Positions 41,174 through 52,331 of a stretch of 64,000 nt of DNA are shown piece after piece. A program made the translations under genes and the position numbers. Source of the DNA: Octopus vulgaris (taxonomy: Eukaryota); NCBI GenBank assembly GCA_951406725.2, contig OX597819.1:41354001-41418000 (forward strand). Direction: 5' to 3'. The notes beneath the pieces are model-generated. The model was not told the DNA's origin, made no database searches, and saw only the letters and a list, made by a program, of their open reading frames with translations. The stretch's first letter is position 1, and each line of letters starts with the position of its first letter.

Positions 41174-42724
41174 CTGGAGGTAGGGAGAGAGAGGAGTAAG
41201 AGTTAGGAAGAGGAAAGGAGAGAGGGAGTGATAAGATAGAGATAGAAAGAGGCTAACAAGTAGCTGGTAAAAATACTAGAGCTACTATAACATAAAGAGG
41301 ACTGCTGTCGCTACTGCTATTGCTGTACTAGCACCATCACCACCACCACCATTACCGCTACCACTGCAGCCGCAACAGTAAACGGAACAGACAATGAGAT
41401 AGAGACTAGAACCTGGCCAACATTGATAGGTAACTAGGTAGATATGCTGAAGTACTACAGTGCGACTGTATACTTTAATGATGGAGTGGAGTTGCTGTCA
41501 GTAGAGATAGACGAGGTGACGGTGGTTGAAGGAAAAGAAGGAGGAAGATGAAGGCAACAGAATGAGTAGGGAGGAAAAAGGGTAAAGCGGAGTTTCGGTT
41601 ACTCTTGTTTAACACAGGAATGGAATAAAATTAAATATGAAGTAGAATGAATACTTCTAGTAACCAAAAAAAAAAAAAGAAGAATGAATGATAAATATAA
41701 ATATTTAAAAATATATGTTGCTTCCTGTGTATGTGCGCAGGGGTTGGGTGGGCAGCAGCAGTAGTGGAAAAAAGTTAAAAAATTAAAAGGTACAAAAAAA
41801 GGGGGAAATAAGCGGGAGGTGGAGGGGGGGGGAGAAGAAATTAACAGCAATAAGGGAGACCTCTGGCGAATATATTAACGAAGGGCATTAACTCTAAATT
41901 GGTGTAGTTCGATTGTGGTAGTTTCTCTTATTGCGCGTTAAGTGAGCTTAACGGAGAAATTTAATTCATTGTATTGTAATACTTTCAGCGGACTTCAAAA
42001 AGAAAAAGTTATTGATTTCTTTTGAAATTTTACAAGGAGGCGTATAGTTGATTGAATTGGCTCTTCTATAATACTAGTGGTTGTTTGAACGACCCAGGAC
42101 AGAGATAATTAAAAGGAAACGTCAACCCCAACTGATTTTGAGATCCGAAAGAGAAAATTAAAAACCAAATTCTAAATGAAATCAAACTTCTACTCTATTA
42201 CTAATTCCACGTTTGAAATTGTATAACTTCTACTGTAAAAGTCCGTGATACTTTTGCTAATGTGTTATCGAGGAGGCTTATCTTATTTGTTTATTTAAGA
42301 GAGTAAGAAAGTATTCGATTACTTATTTGCGAGAATGAAGTCGGACCGGGTTCGATGAAAATCTACAGTTGACTTTACTCCAATACTTGAACACGAAAAT
42401 GTGAGGCAAAAACATGTATTTCCCCTTTCTGTATTATTTGTGTTATTTTTCTGTATTCGTTTACATATGTTTGTGTGTGTGCGTGTAAATCGTTCTATCT
42501 TTACTAGATCCAAAATGCTATAATTTTGGAAGAGAAGTATGAAGTTGCGGCATGCATACCTTTCCTAATGACATTAGCAGTAACGGTAAAACTAAAAGGC
42601 ATCAATCATGAATTAAATCCAGTTCATATACCCTATTTGCGGGGATCCTCCCTTTTACCTTTTAGATGCAAGAAGAAAAAAAAGATCAGAAAACAATCCC
42701 TTCTTTCTGTCAGGTACAAAACCG

Positions 42725-44335
42725 TCAGGGCTTCCACTACCAGCGTTGACACGATGAAAGGTAGGTCTGGAGAGATTATATAGACTCCAGTAGGTAATAT
42801 GCTGTGTACAAGAATTAAAATGAAAGGGAGCTCCAGCAAGGCACCTCATGGGCAATGATCAGGTACAGATTCTTCTGAGTAGGTAAAAGTTACTGGAATT
42901 GATTGAGTAGACGTATTGTTAGCAGATAAGAAGGAAAGATAAAGTTACTGAAATAGAGTATGTGATAGAATAATTAAGCTTTGTCAGGTACATGATAGCA
43001 ACTATAGTCTGAATATGTACCACAATCAAAGTTGACTCATGAACAACCAGGACTGTTTCTTAGAAGACTTCTTGAAGATTATCTTGTTAACAAAATGACA
43101 ATAACTTTATCACAGCTAGTGACTTTAATGGACTATTCTAATGTACATAAAGGCTGTAGTTATGATACATGAAAGAGAGATCAAGACTCTTAATGTTATG
43201 TCATGCAAATGACCTAACTATTTGCAACACTAACTTCAAGAAATTAGCCAGTCACCTACTGCTTGCACAGTAATACAATCCAGAGAGATTTCTTACTCAC
43301 CAGAAATGGGATAGGAAAAATTGTTGTAAATACTCTCATCTGAAAATGGGATAGAAACGAATGTTGTAAATACTAAGTCTTTCCCTGGTGAAAAATGTAC
43401 GACTCAAATTAGACCAGTGTTTCTCAACTGGGGTTCTGCAAGAAAGAGTGAGATAAGCTAATGCTAATTTCATGATCATAATATTACTATACATGCACAA
43501 CATATTGGTTATTGTAAGACAGACATCATCTTATCTAACCTATTATGTTATCAAAAAAATATAACAACCATTAGGGATATATTTAGTGATCTTTGTCATT
43601 TATAGACACCCGATATATATATGTGTGTGTGTATGATATTTACCCTGTGAACTACGATGAAAAATATGAGAAAGATAGGGTATATAATTTTTTGTTCAGG
43701 GGTTCCTTGAGACATGTAATTTATTTTAAGGGTAAAAATGTTGAGAAACATTGAATTAGACCAACAATAAGTGACAGATAAGAAGAAGATAGGACAATCT
43801 AGAAAAGGATAGTTGAAAGTTTGGCTAGATATAAGTTTAAAGAAGTACTGGGTATTGTGTGTGATAAGAAGGAGAGGTTGATAGAGACAACTTGTTACCT
43901 AGGTGGCAAAATTAACATCAGAGGAGGGTGTTATAAAAGCATAACAGAGTAAGAGCAGGACAAAAAATGCTTAAGGAGTTATTACTGCTGCTGACAATAA
44001 AAGAATTCTTTCTCTGATTGAAAGGCAGATTGTATGATGCTGGGTGCATTGAATGTAGAGGAGATATGATGGGAAATAAATGAAGTGCTCAAGTTTGATA
44101 TTGTAATATTGGTGTGTGTGAATGATGCAGCACAAATGAGCTGAGTTAAAAGCTGGGCATTAAGCAGAATCAATCATGTAAAGAAAGAATATAGCATTGG
44201 TCCTGTCATGTGATGCATATAGAGGATTACAGTTGGGTAAAGAAAGAAAAGCCAAGCAATCCAAGTGGAAAGAATTTGTGGCAGAGGAAGACATGAGAAA
44301 AAACAATGAAGGCTGAACCTCATCAAGGAAATAAA
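42725..44335 (+). mobile_element. Decayed RTE LINE (AP endonuclease plus RT 3' region, internally deleted)
   Basis: Remnants of TMKGRSGEI, ICCVQE, DFNG, ANDLTICNTNFKK..SHL, KSFPGE.C and later CYLG, KGRLYDA. Many stops and frameshifts. Confidence 0.8.
43415..43753. mobile_element. hAT-type MITE inserted in the RTE
   Basis: TIRs cagtgtttctcaac / gttgagaaacattg. Perfect 8-bp TSD AATTAGAC (43407-43414 and 43754-43761). Confidence 0.9.
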
Positions 44336-44370
44336 GAGCCACATGTGGAAACATCATGCTGTAGAAAACC

Positions 44371-44740
44371 CGTAGGAGTGGCTGTGGTAAGTAGTTGGCT
44401 AACCAACCACATGGTTCCACGTTCAGTCCCACTGCGTGGCATCTTGGGCAAGTGTCTTCTGCTATAGCTCCGGGCCGACCAATGCCTTGTGAGTGGATTT
44501 GGTAGACGGAAACTGAAAGAAGCCTGTTGTATATATGTATGTGTGTCAGTGTTTGTCTCCCTAGCATTGCTTGACAACCGATGCTGGTGTGTTTATGTCC
44601 CGTCACTTAGCGGTTCGGCAAAAGAGACCGATAGAATAAGTACTGAGCTTACAAAGGATAAGTCCCGGGGTCGATTTGCTCGACTAAAGGCGGTGCTCCA
44701 GCATGGCCGCAGTCAAATGACTGAAACACGTAAAAGAGTA
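44371..44740 (+). mobile_element. SINE family A, young full-length copy
   Basis: Complete head-to-tail match with CpGs retained. Confidence 0.92.
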
Positions 44741-44868
44741 ACACAAGAAGCATTGGAAAATGTGTTGGCAATAATGAAGAAAGGGGGCTGATGGTGATTA
44801 TTGTTGTCGTTGGTTGAATCATTACAGCCTTGGACAAATTACCTTTGGTATTTGTTGTTGCTCTTTAA

Positions 44869-45086
44869 CCTTTTAGCATTTAAACTAGCCATATCTGGCC
44901 CAAATATTCTATCTTTTATGTTCAAACTACCTGGGCCTGGTCTCTCACAACTACCCTGCAATGTCATTCTAAAACTAAACATTCACATCATCAAAATCTT
45001 AAAGTTACAAGATAATGCGAGATTAATTGGAAGCAATATGAATGGATAAGCACTATATTTGATAGAGTAATCTGAATGCTAAAGGG
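44869..45086. mobile_element. piggyBac-type MITE
   Basis: TTAA|ccttttagcatt...aatgctaaaggg|TTAA. Confidence 0.82.
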
Positions 45087-45444
45087 TTAATCCCACCAAA
45101 ATCAGCTTTGCTTTTCATCCTTTTGGGCAAGAGGTGGGTCAGTAAACCATTGTAAGAATGTTGAGTACTGAAGATTTGGTTAGAGTTTCAGGCCTTGTGC
45201 CTATATTTTAAAACAGCATTTTTTTTTCAGCAGACGAGCTAGAATATCAAACAAAATGAATATTTAGTAAAAGATTAATGGATTTGCAGAATCATTAGAA
45301 TGTGAGAAAATTTTTCCTTAAAAATGGGGAGGAACAATGTTGAGGATGAGGGATAAGTGTCAAAAAACAGTAGGTCCAAGGAGAGGAAGAAATAATTGGT
45401 AGCTCAGAAAAGGATGAGATATGTAGTTCTACCCACTGGTTTAA

Positions 45445-45660
45445 CCCTTCGTTACCAACCCGGCTGAAATCGGCTTTGGCTCTGAGTACAAATGTCTTGT
45501 TTTCATGAGTTTTGAATTAAAATCTTCCACCAAACCTTAGTCACAATTTATGTTCCTAACACTAGCTGAATGATAACTAAGTTATTTTACTAAATTCTTT
45601 GTTATATTTAAAGTAACTGAAAGAAACACAGATCTTAAAATAAATACAGTAACAAAAGGG
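45445..45660. mobile_element. piggyBac-type MITE, second family
   Basis: TTAA|cccttcgttac...gtaacaaaaggg|TTAA. A degraded relative lies at about 55170-55370. Confidence 0.82.
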
Positions 45661-45749
45661 TTAATTACAGCAGTAGAATAAGGTGGCAGTTAGGGAAATG
45701 AGTGCGTTGGGAAGACTTGACAGGAACAAATTTGGTTGAGAGGCCTAAA

Positions 45750-47450
45750 ATATTTTGTGAATTTGATCTTGCGCTTTGTATTCTGCATTGAAATCCCACC
45801 GTGGTCACCTTTCCCATTCATCCTCTTGGGATCAATAAAATAAAGTAGAAGTCAAATACTGGAGTTGATGGTATGAATTTACTCTTTCTCCTCAATACTA
45901 CTGGCCTTGTGCCTGAGTCACAAACAATTATCATTTTTAGGCAGTAATGATAAAAGCATCAGATAAAATGTCTTACACTATTCAGTTACGGCTCTTTACA
46001 TTCTAAGTTCAAATCCTACCAAAGTCAACTTTGCCTTTCTTCCATTTGGGGTTGATAAAATAAAGTAAAAGTCAACTACTGGGATTTATGATATTAACTA
46101 ACCCCCTCCCCTCAAAATTTCTAGCTCTGTGCCTAAATTAGAACCAATTATTATTAGCAATTTTATAGAGTGGTGGATTGGTAGAATCATTAAGGAATCT
46201 GGCGAAATGTCATGTGGTAGTTCTTCCAGCTTTTTTGAGTTCAGACCCCACCAAAATCACTTATGAGGATTAGTAAAATAAATTATTAGCCAATTATTGG
46301 GGTTGATATAATTGACTAACCTCTCTACTCCTAAAATATTTGGTCTTCTGCTTATATTAGAATCCATTATTATTAATTGCTAGAGTACTGGGCAAAATGC
46401 TTAGTGGCATTTCTTCCAGTTCTTTATGTTCTGAGTTCAAACCCTGCCCATGTCAAAATTTGCCTTTCATCCTTTGGGGATTGATAAAAAAAAGTATCAG
46501 TTGAGCACTGGGGTTGATGTAATCAACTTACCTCCAACTCCTCCAATATTTCAGACCTTGTAGATACATTAGAATAATTATTAATTTAGGCATAGGAGTG
46601 GCTGTGTGTTAAGTAGCTTGCTTACTAACCACATGGTTCTGGGTTCAGTCCCACTGTGTGGTACCTTGGGTAAGTGTCTTCTACTGTAGCCTCGGGCCGA
46701 CCAAAGCCTTGTGAGTGGATTTGGTAGACGGAATCTGAAAGAAGCCCGTTGTATATATGTATATATATATATAAATATGTATATATATATATGTGTGTGT
46801 GTATATGTTTGTGTGTCTGTGTTTGTCTCCCCAACATCGCTTGACAACCGATGGTGGTGTGTTTACATCCCCGTAACCTAGCGGTTCGGCAAAAGAGACT
46901 GATAGAATAAATACTAGGCTTACAAAGAATAAGTCCTAGGGTCGATTTGCTCCACTAAAGGTGGTGCTCCAGCATAGCCACAGTCAAATGATTGAAGCAA
47001 GTAAAAGAGTATTAGGGCAGCAAAAGGTAGCAAGCTGACAGAATCGTTTGCACACCGGGCAAAATGTTTAGCGGTATTTCATCTGTCTTCATTTTCTGAG
47101 TTCAAATTCCGCCAAGGTTGACTTTGCCTCTCATCCATTTGGGAGTTGAGAAAATAAGTATGAGATCTGTGTAATTTACTTACCTCTCTCCTGAAATTAC
47201 TGGCCTTGTGCCAAAATTGGAAATTAGTATTAGGGCAACAAGTTGGCTGAATCATTAGCATGTCAGACAAAGTACTTAGCAGCATCTCTTCATGCTCTTT
47301 ACATTCTGAGTTCAAATCCCACCAAGGTCAGCTTTTCCTTTCTGCCTTTTGAAGTTGATAAAAGTAAGTACCAGTTGAGCACTGGGGTCAATGTAATCAC
47401 TTTACTCTCTCCTCTAAAATTGCTGGCATTATACCAAAATTTGAAACTAT
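45750..47450 (+). mobile_element. Head-to-tail array of about six SINE C copies, interrupted by a SINE A
   Basis: The B-box/core block (gttcaaatcc...ctttcatcc) and the tail ggccttgtgcc...att recur roughly every 200 bp. Confidence 0.8.
46589..47010 (+). mobile_element. SINE family A, full length
   Basis: Complete match. Confidence 0.92.
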
Positions 47451-47485
47451 CATTATCATCAGCAGCAGCATCTCATACATGATAT

Positions 47486-47879
47486 ACTCTTTACTCTTTT
47501 ACTTGTTTCAGTCATTTGACTGCGGCCATGCTGGAGCACCGCCTTTAGTCGAGCAAATCGACCCCGGGACTTATTCTTTGTAAGCCCAGTACTTATTCTA
47601 TCAGTCTCTTTTGCTGAACCGCTAAGTGATGGATATGTAAACACACCAGCATCGGTTGTCAAGCAATGCTAGAGGGACAAACACAGACACACGAACATAT
47701 ACATACACATATATACGACAGGCTTCTTTCAGTTTCCGTCTACGAAATCCACTCACAAGGCTTTGGTCAGCCCGAGGCTATAGCAGAAGACACTTGCCCA
47801 AGATGCCACGCAGTGGGATTGAACCCGGAACCATGTGGTTGGTTAGCAAGCTACTTACCACACAGCCGCTCCTGCGCCT
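47486..47879 (-). mobile_element. SINE family A, young full-length copy
   Basis: Complete match. Shares diagnostic changes (aagcaatgctag, cccaagatgcc, gctaagtga) with the copies at 9373 and 44371. Confidence 0.92.
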
Positions 47880-47902
47880 ATATAAACATTTCAATTAGAA
47901 AA

Positions 47903-48245
47903 TCATCATTTAACATCCATTTTCCATGCTGGCATGGGGTAGACAGTTAAACTGGAGCTGGTATGCCGGATAGCTTCACCAGGCTGCCGTCTGATTTGGC
48001 CTGGTTTCTACAGCTGGATGCCTTCCTAATGCCAACCATTCTACAGAGTGTACTAGCTACCTTTTAAGTGTCACTGGCACTGGCCACAAGTTCACTTAGC
48101 TTGATGTATCTTCTCAAGCACAGCAAATTGCCAGAAGTCTCTGTCACTTACCATCATGTCCATCAGACTCAAGAACCAAAGATCATATTTCACCACCTTC
48201 CTGAGTCTACCTCTTCCACAGGTTCCTTCCACAATTAGAGATTGA
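47903..48245 (-). mobile_element. 5'-truncated RTE (tail plus end of ORF)
   Basis: Family B tail, then LIVEGTCGRGR...DRDFWQFAVLEK on the minus strand. Confidence 0.75.
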
Positions 48246-48469
48246 TACTCTGCAGAACTGACAAAGGTGACACACAGCTTTGATTTCCATGATCTCAATA
48301 ATTGGACCTTGTGTAATTAATAGCCCAGTGCAAGTGGTGTATTAAGTCAGCAAGTTTATAGTTACGTTAGGGTATCTAAAGTTCAGTTGTGATGACTTTG
48401 GGGTGCTTGAAGAAATATCACATGGTATGTTATTTGCTCTGCCAATTCTGCCCATAAAAAACAATGACT

Positions 48470-49975
48470 TCAAATTTGGGCACAAGGCCAGCAATTTTTG
48501 TGGGAGAGGCTAACCAAATACATTGCCTCCAGTGCTCAAATGGAACTTATTTTATTGACCCTAAAAGGATGGCACACAGAGTTGACCTCTAATTCTTTCT
48601 ACTATAAGGAGAAGGCCTGAAATTTATGGAGATGGTCTTGTTAGTTATACTGACCCCTCTTCTCAACTGGTAGTTTATTTTACAAAAAGGATTAAAAGCA
48701 AAATCATTTCACCAGCTTTTGAACTCAGAACAAAAATCCAGAAGAAATGCATTTATCTTAAGTGTTAATGATTCTGCCAGCTCACTCACTACCTTAACTC
48801 TGTGTATTGTAACCATCATCATCATTTAATGCCCATGTTCCATGCTGGCATGGGTTGGATGGTTTGACAGAATCTGAGGTGTCCAAGGACAGCATCATGC
48901 TCCAGTATCTGTTTTGGCATGGGTTCTATGGTTAGATGCCCTTCTAAATGCCAATCACCTTACAACATAGACTGGATACTTTATATATACCACCTGAAAT
49001 ATTGAGGTCAACATGTATCTCACAGAACTACAGACCCTTGGGTGGGGAGGTCAGCTTCATGATAGAGGACAAGAATAGGGCTGCTGTATAGGTTCTTGTT
49101 AAGGATCTGAATGGATACTCATATCTAATAAGAGGATGGAGAGAAAATGAACAGTAGCAGCTGCAAGAGACAGATAATAGTAATAATTATTACTACTATT
49201 TAGGTACAGGGCTATTATTTAGAGGAGGGCTTAAGTTCATTACTTTGATCCCAGTACTTGACTGTGCCTTTATTTTATCTACTTTGACAGAATTTGAACT
49301 CAGAATATAATGACTTACAAAAGTACCACAAAGTATTTCATCTAATATTCTTATGATTCTGCCATGATATTCAATCAGTATCAAACTTATAACTGACTGG
49401 GAACATGAAGCTGGCAAAAATAATAATAACAATAATAATTGTTTCAAATTTTGGCTAAGGCCAGCAATTTCAGGAGAAGCAGTTATGTTCATTACATTGA
49501 CCCCAGTACTCAACTGGTACTTATTTTATTGACTCCCAAAAGGGATGAAAGGCAAAGTCTTTAGCAGAATTTGAACTCAGAATGTAAAGATGGATGAAAT
49601 GCCACTGAGTGTTTTGCCCAGTGTGCTCATGACTGCCAGTTCATCACCTTAGTAATAATAATAATAATAGTTCAAATTTTGGCTTAAGGCCAGCAGTTTT
49701 GTGAGGAATCACTTAGTCTATTACATCACCGCCTGTACTTGACTGGTACTTTATTTTATCAATCCTGGAGAAATGAAAGGCAAAGTTGACTTCAGCTGGA
49801 TTTGAACTTAGAATGTAAGAAAACAAGGAGTAGGGATTAGTCAGTTGCATCAAACCTAACACTTGATCAGTACTTTGTCAACCCATGAGAGATGAAGAGC
49901 AAAGCTGACCTTGACTTCTTTCTGATATAGGCACAAAGCCAGAGATTTGTGGGAAGGGAACAGTCAATTATACTG
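48470..49975 (-). mobile_element. Cluster of about six minus-strand SINE C copies and fragments (plus a family B tail at about 48815-48990)
   Basis: Repeated aaggccagcaattt...aactggtacttattttat...gaaaggcaaag...tttgaactcagaa blocks. Confidence 0.75.
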
Positions 49976-49999
49976 TTGAGCCATTTGTATGTTTACAAG

Positions 50000-50040
<41 letters not shown>

Positions 50041-50266
50041 GAGTGTATACAAATTTTTGTGTTTGGGTGTTTACAAGCATGCATAAACATGTATGCTTGA
50101 ATTTACATATGTGTGTTTGTATATACCTGATCCTATTTAAAATTCTATATTGTGCATAAAAATATGAGTAAATTTTGTTTTTATTTATTTGCTCTCATTA
50201 AATTTGATAGTATCTTAATAACCTAGTTGGCTACTGTTACATCTAATTTCCCCATGCCAGTCTTTC

Positions 50267-50314
50267 TTGCTTACTTGCCTGCTTGCTTGCTTGCCTGCCT
50301 GCTTGCTTGCTTGC
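50267..50314. repeat. (GCTT/GCCT)n tetranucleotide repeat
   Basis: Direct reading. Confidence 0.9.
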
Positions 50315-51236
50315 TGGATCTTTCCACTTCCCCCACTCACTTTGGGAACCACAGCTCTAGATGAATAAATCACTCAACTTCACTCCTCAGTATTCCTGTT
50401 GCTTACAGGAGTAAATCACACCACTTGCGGTATCTAGTTAGAGTAAAGTGGCCTCAGCAATTGAGAATTAAACCTCTTGATCACAGATACAATGCAGAGC
50501 CAATAGCCAAAATACAAATATTTAGTAACAGGGGTTTTTGGATCATAACACCTGCAACAGTCAAGGGATTACTGTAATGAGAATATTCTGGTTCCAGTTG
50601 ACTTGGTTATCCACCTTCTATACTAGTATTGAAAATATGAAGTCCAGCCGTGTTGCTCATCTGATCATTACACTAGTAATATTAATATTGATCTTAGTTT
50701 TCTACCAGCTATATATATTAGGGGTCAATGTAATCAACTTACCTCAGCCCCTAAAATTGCTGGCCTTGCCCCAAAATTTGAAATTGATATTGAACCCAGT
50801 TGATTTTATCATCCATCCCCTCTACTAGTAATATTGAGCCAAGCTGGATTGATCATACACCCACAATACCAGTAATAATAATACTTTGTCAAAAGAAATA
50901 TTAAGTGCTCAGTGCAACAAATGGATTCACAAATGAGGCTGTTTAAAGAAAGGATTGAATAATATATTGATGGTTTGGTTGAAATAGTAAATAATTTCTT
51001 TTGATGGTGGTGGCAGGAAACTGGTAATAAAAGTAGCTTGATATTGGCAAAAAGTTCATTAAAGAACAATAATAAACTTTTATCTGGAGTGCTGTGGACC
51101 GAAAGTGTTTAGGATTTTCTCTGATTGTGGAATGATTATATATCAGCATCAATATAATTGCATAACTTAGAGACAGGACCCAAATCTAAGCATGTTATAC
51201 ATTTACCTTTCATAATGCAGTTTATCTAACTGTACC

Positions 51237-51453
51237 TATTGCTTTACTACCCACAAGGGGCTAAACACAGAGGGGACAAACGGATTAAGTCGATTATATC
51301 GACCCCAGTGCATGACTGGTACTTCTTTAATCGACCCCGAAAGGGTAAAAGGCAAAGTCGACCTCGGCGGAATTTGAACTCAGAACGTAGCGGCAGACGA
51401 AATACTGCTAAGCATTTCGCCCGGCGTGCTAACGATTCTGCCAGCTCGCCGCC
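51237..51453 (-). mobile_element. SINE family C, young copy
   Basis: CpG-rich, complete head and core. Confidence 0.88.
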
Positions 51454-51469
51454 CTAACTTTACCATCAC

Positions 51470-51630
51470 TGTATATGTTAACAAAGCTCTTTCTGCTCCG
51501 ATCTTAATCAGCTCTGATGTTTCCCAGAGTTCCATTTTGTACCCAACTCTCTTCCTTCTATACAACAGTGACCTACTCGTCTCTACATTCAACAGTGCCC
51601 ACTTTTATGCAAATGATAATACCATATCAA
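51470..51630 (+). mobile_element. Non-LTR RT fragment
   Basis: SSDVSQSSILYPTLFLLYNSDL...HFYAND is a decayed GVPQGS.L.P.LF..Y..D / YADD. Confidence 0.7.
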
Positions 51631-51786
51631 GGAAATATCTTCCTCTTCTAAATATGTGTGACGATCAGCTAGAGCCATCGCAGTCACTCCAAATGCTGTG
51701 TTCTACTACACTGAGAATGTCTCCAGGTAAAAGCATCTCCTCAGCATAGCTTGAAATGCATACCCAAAACTAGTTCTTCTCCAATC

Positions 51787-51840
51787 ACCAACAACTGCTG
51801 ATGCTCTACAAAGCTTTGTTGAGCATCAGCAGTTGGTGGT
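51787..51840. repeat. 54-bp palindrome centred on AAGCTT
   Basis: accaacaactgctgatgctctacaaag|ctttgttgagcatcagcagttggtggt, 27-bp arms with 2 mismatched pairs. Confidence 0.92.
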
Positions 51841-52042
51841 AAGACATTTTCCATTTTTCTGTCTGTCTGTCTCTCTTTTCCTTTGTGAAGTCTCGGCAGG
51901 TAGTAGATCTGACAAAATAGTGTTTATAGGTGCAGAACCAAATATTTCTCTTGCACCCGTAAACACTATTTTTTTCAGATCTGCTACTACCTACCGAACC
52001 TTCACAAAGGAAAAGGGAGAGAAAAAAGGAAAATGTCCTACC
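51838..52042. mobile_element. Foldback / palindromic MITE-like element of about 205 bp
   Basis: ggtaagacattttcc...cttttcctttgtgaag...agatctga...aatagtgttta pairs with taaacactatt...tcagatct...cttcacaaaggaaaag...ggaaaatgtcctacc. Confidence 0.8.
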
Positions 52043-52290
52043 TGTTTGAAGACTATGGAAATATTTACAAAACATTTCATTTAATCTTTTCTTCAATTTA
52101 ATTGTTTTTCTTCTTAATTGATATCTGCCTATCTTTTACTCTTATTTGAAAAAGTCAGAAAGACTGAAACCGGTACTAACTGTCACAAAATGCATTTCAT
52201 GATAAAATTATTTTAGCATTTTCTACCTTGTCTTATTTTCCTTATACGTATCAACTCGTGTGTTACTTTTAAATCTTCTGCATATATGTG

Positions 52291-52327
<37 letters not shown>

Positions 52328-52331
<4 letters not shown>

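Larger units (their letters stand above)
36390..42720. promoter_or_regulatory. CpG-retaining, TE-poor island: probable promoter / 5' gene region
   Basis: CpG dinucleotides are visibly frequent (e.g. gcgtacacgcgcgggtggatacgcgtg at about 40945-40971) compared with the CpG-depleted unique DNA on both flanks. None of SINE families A-D was seen over about 6 kb. Confidence 0.6.

Noticed and set aside
42714-42766. Plus-strand exon-like segment ending AAG|GTAGGT
   Set aside because: The sequence is the start of the RTE endonuclease remnant (TMKGRSGEI).
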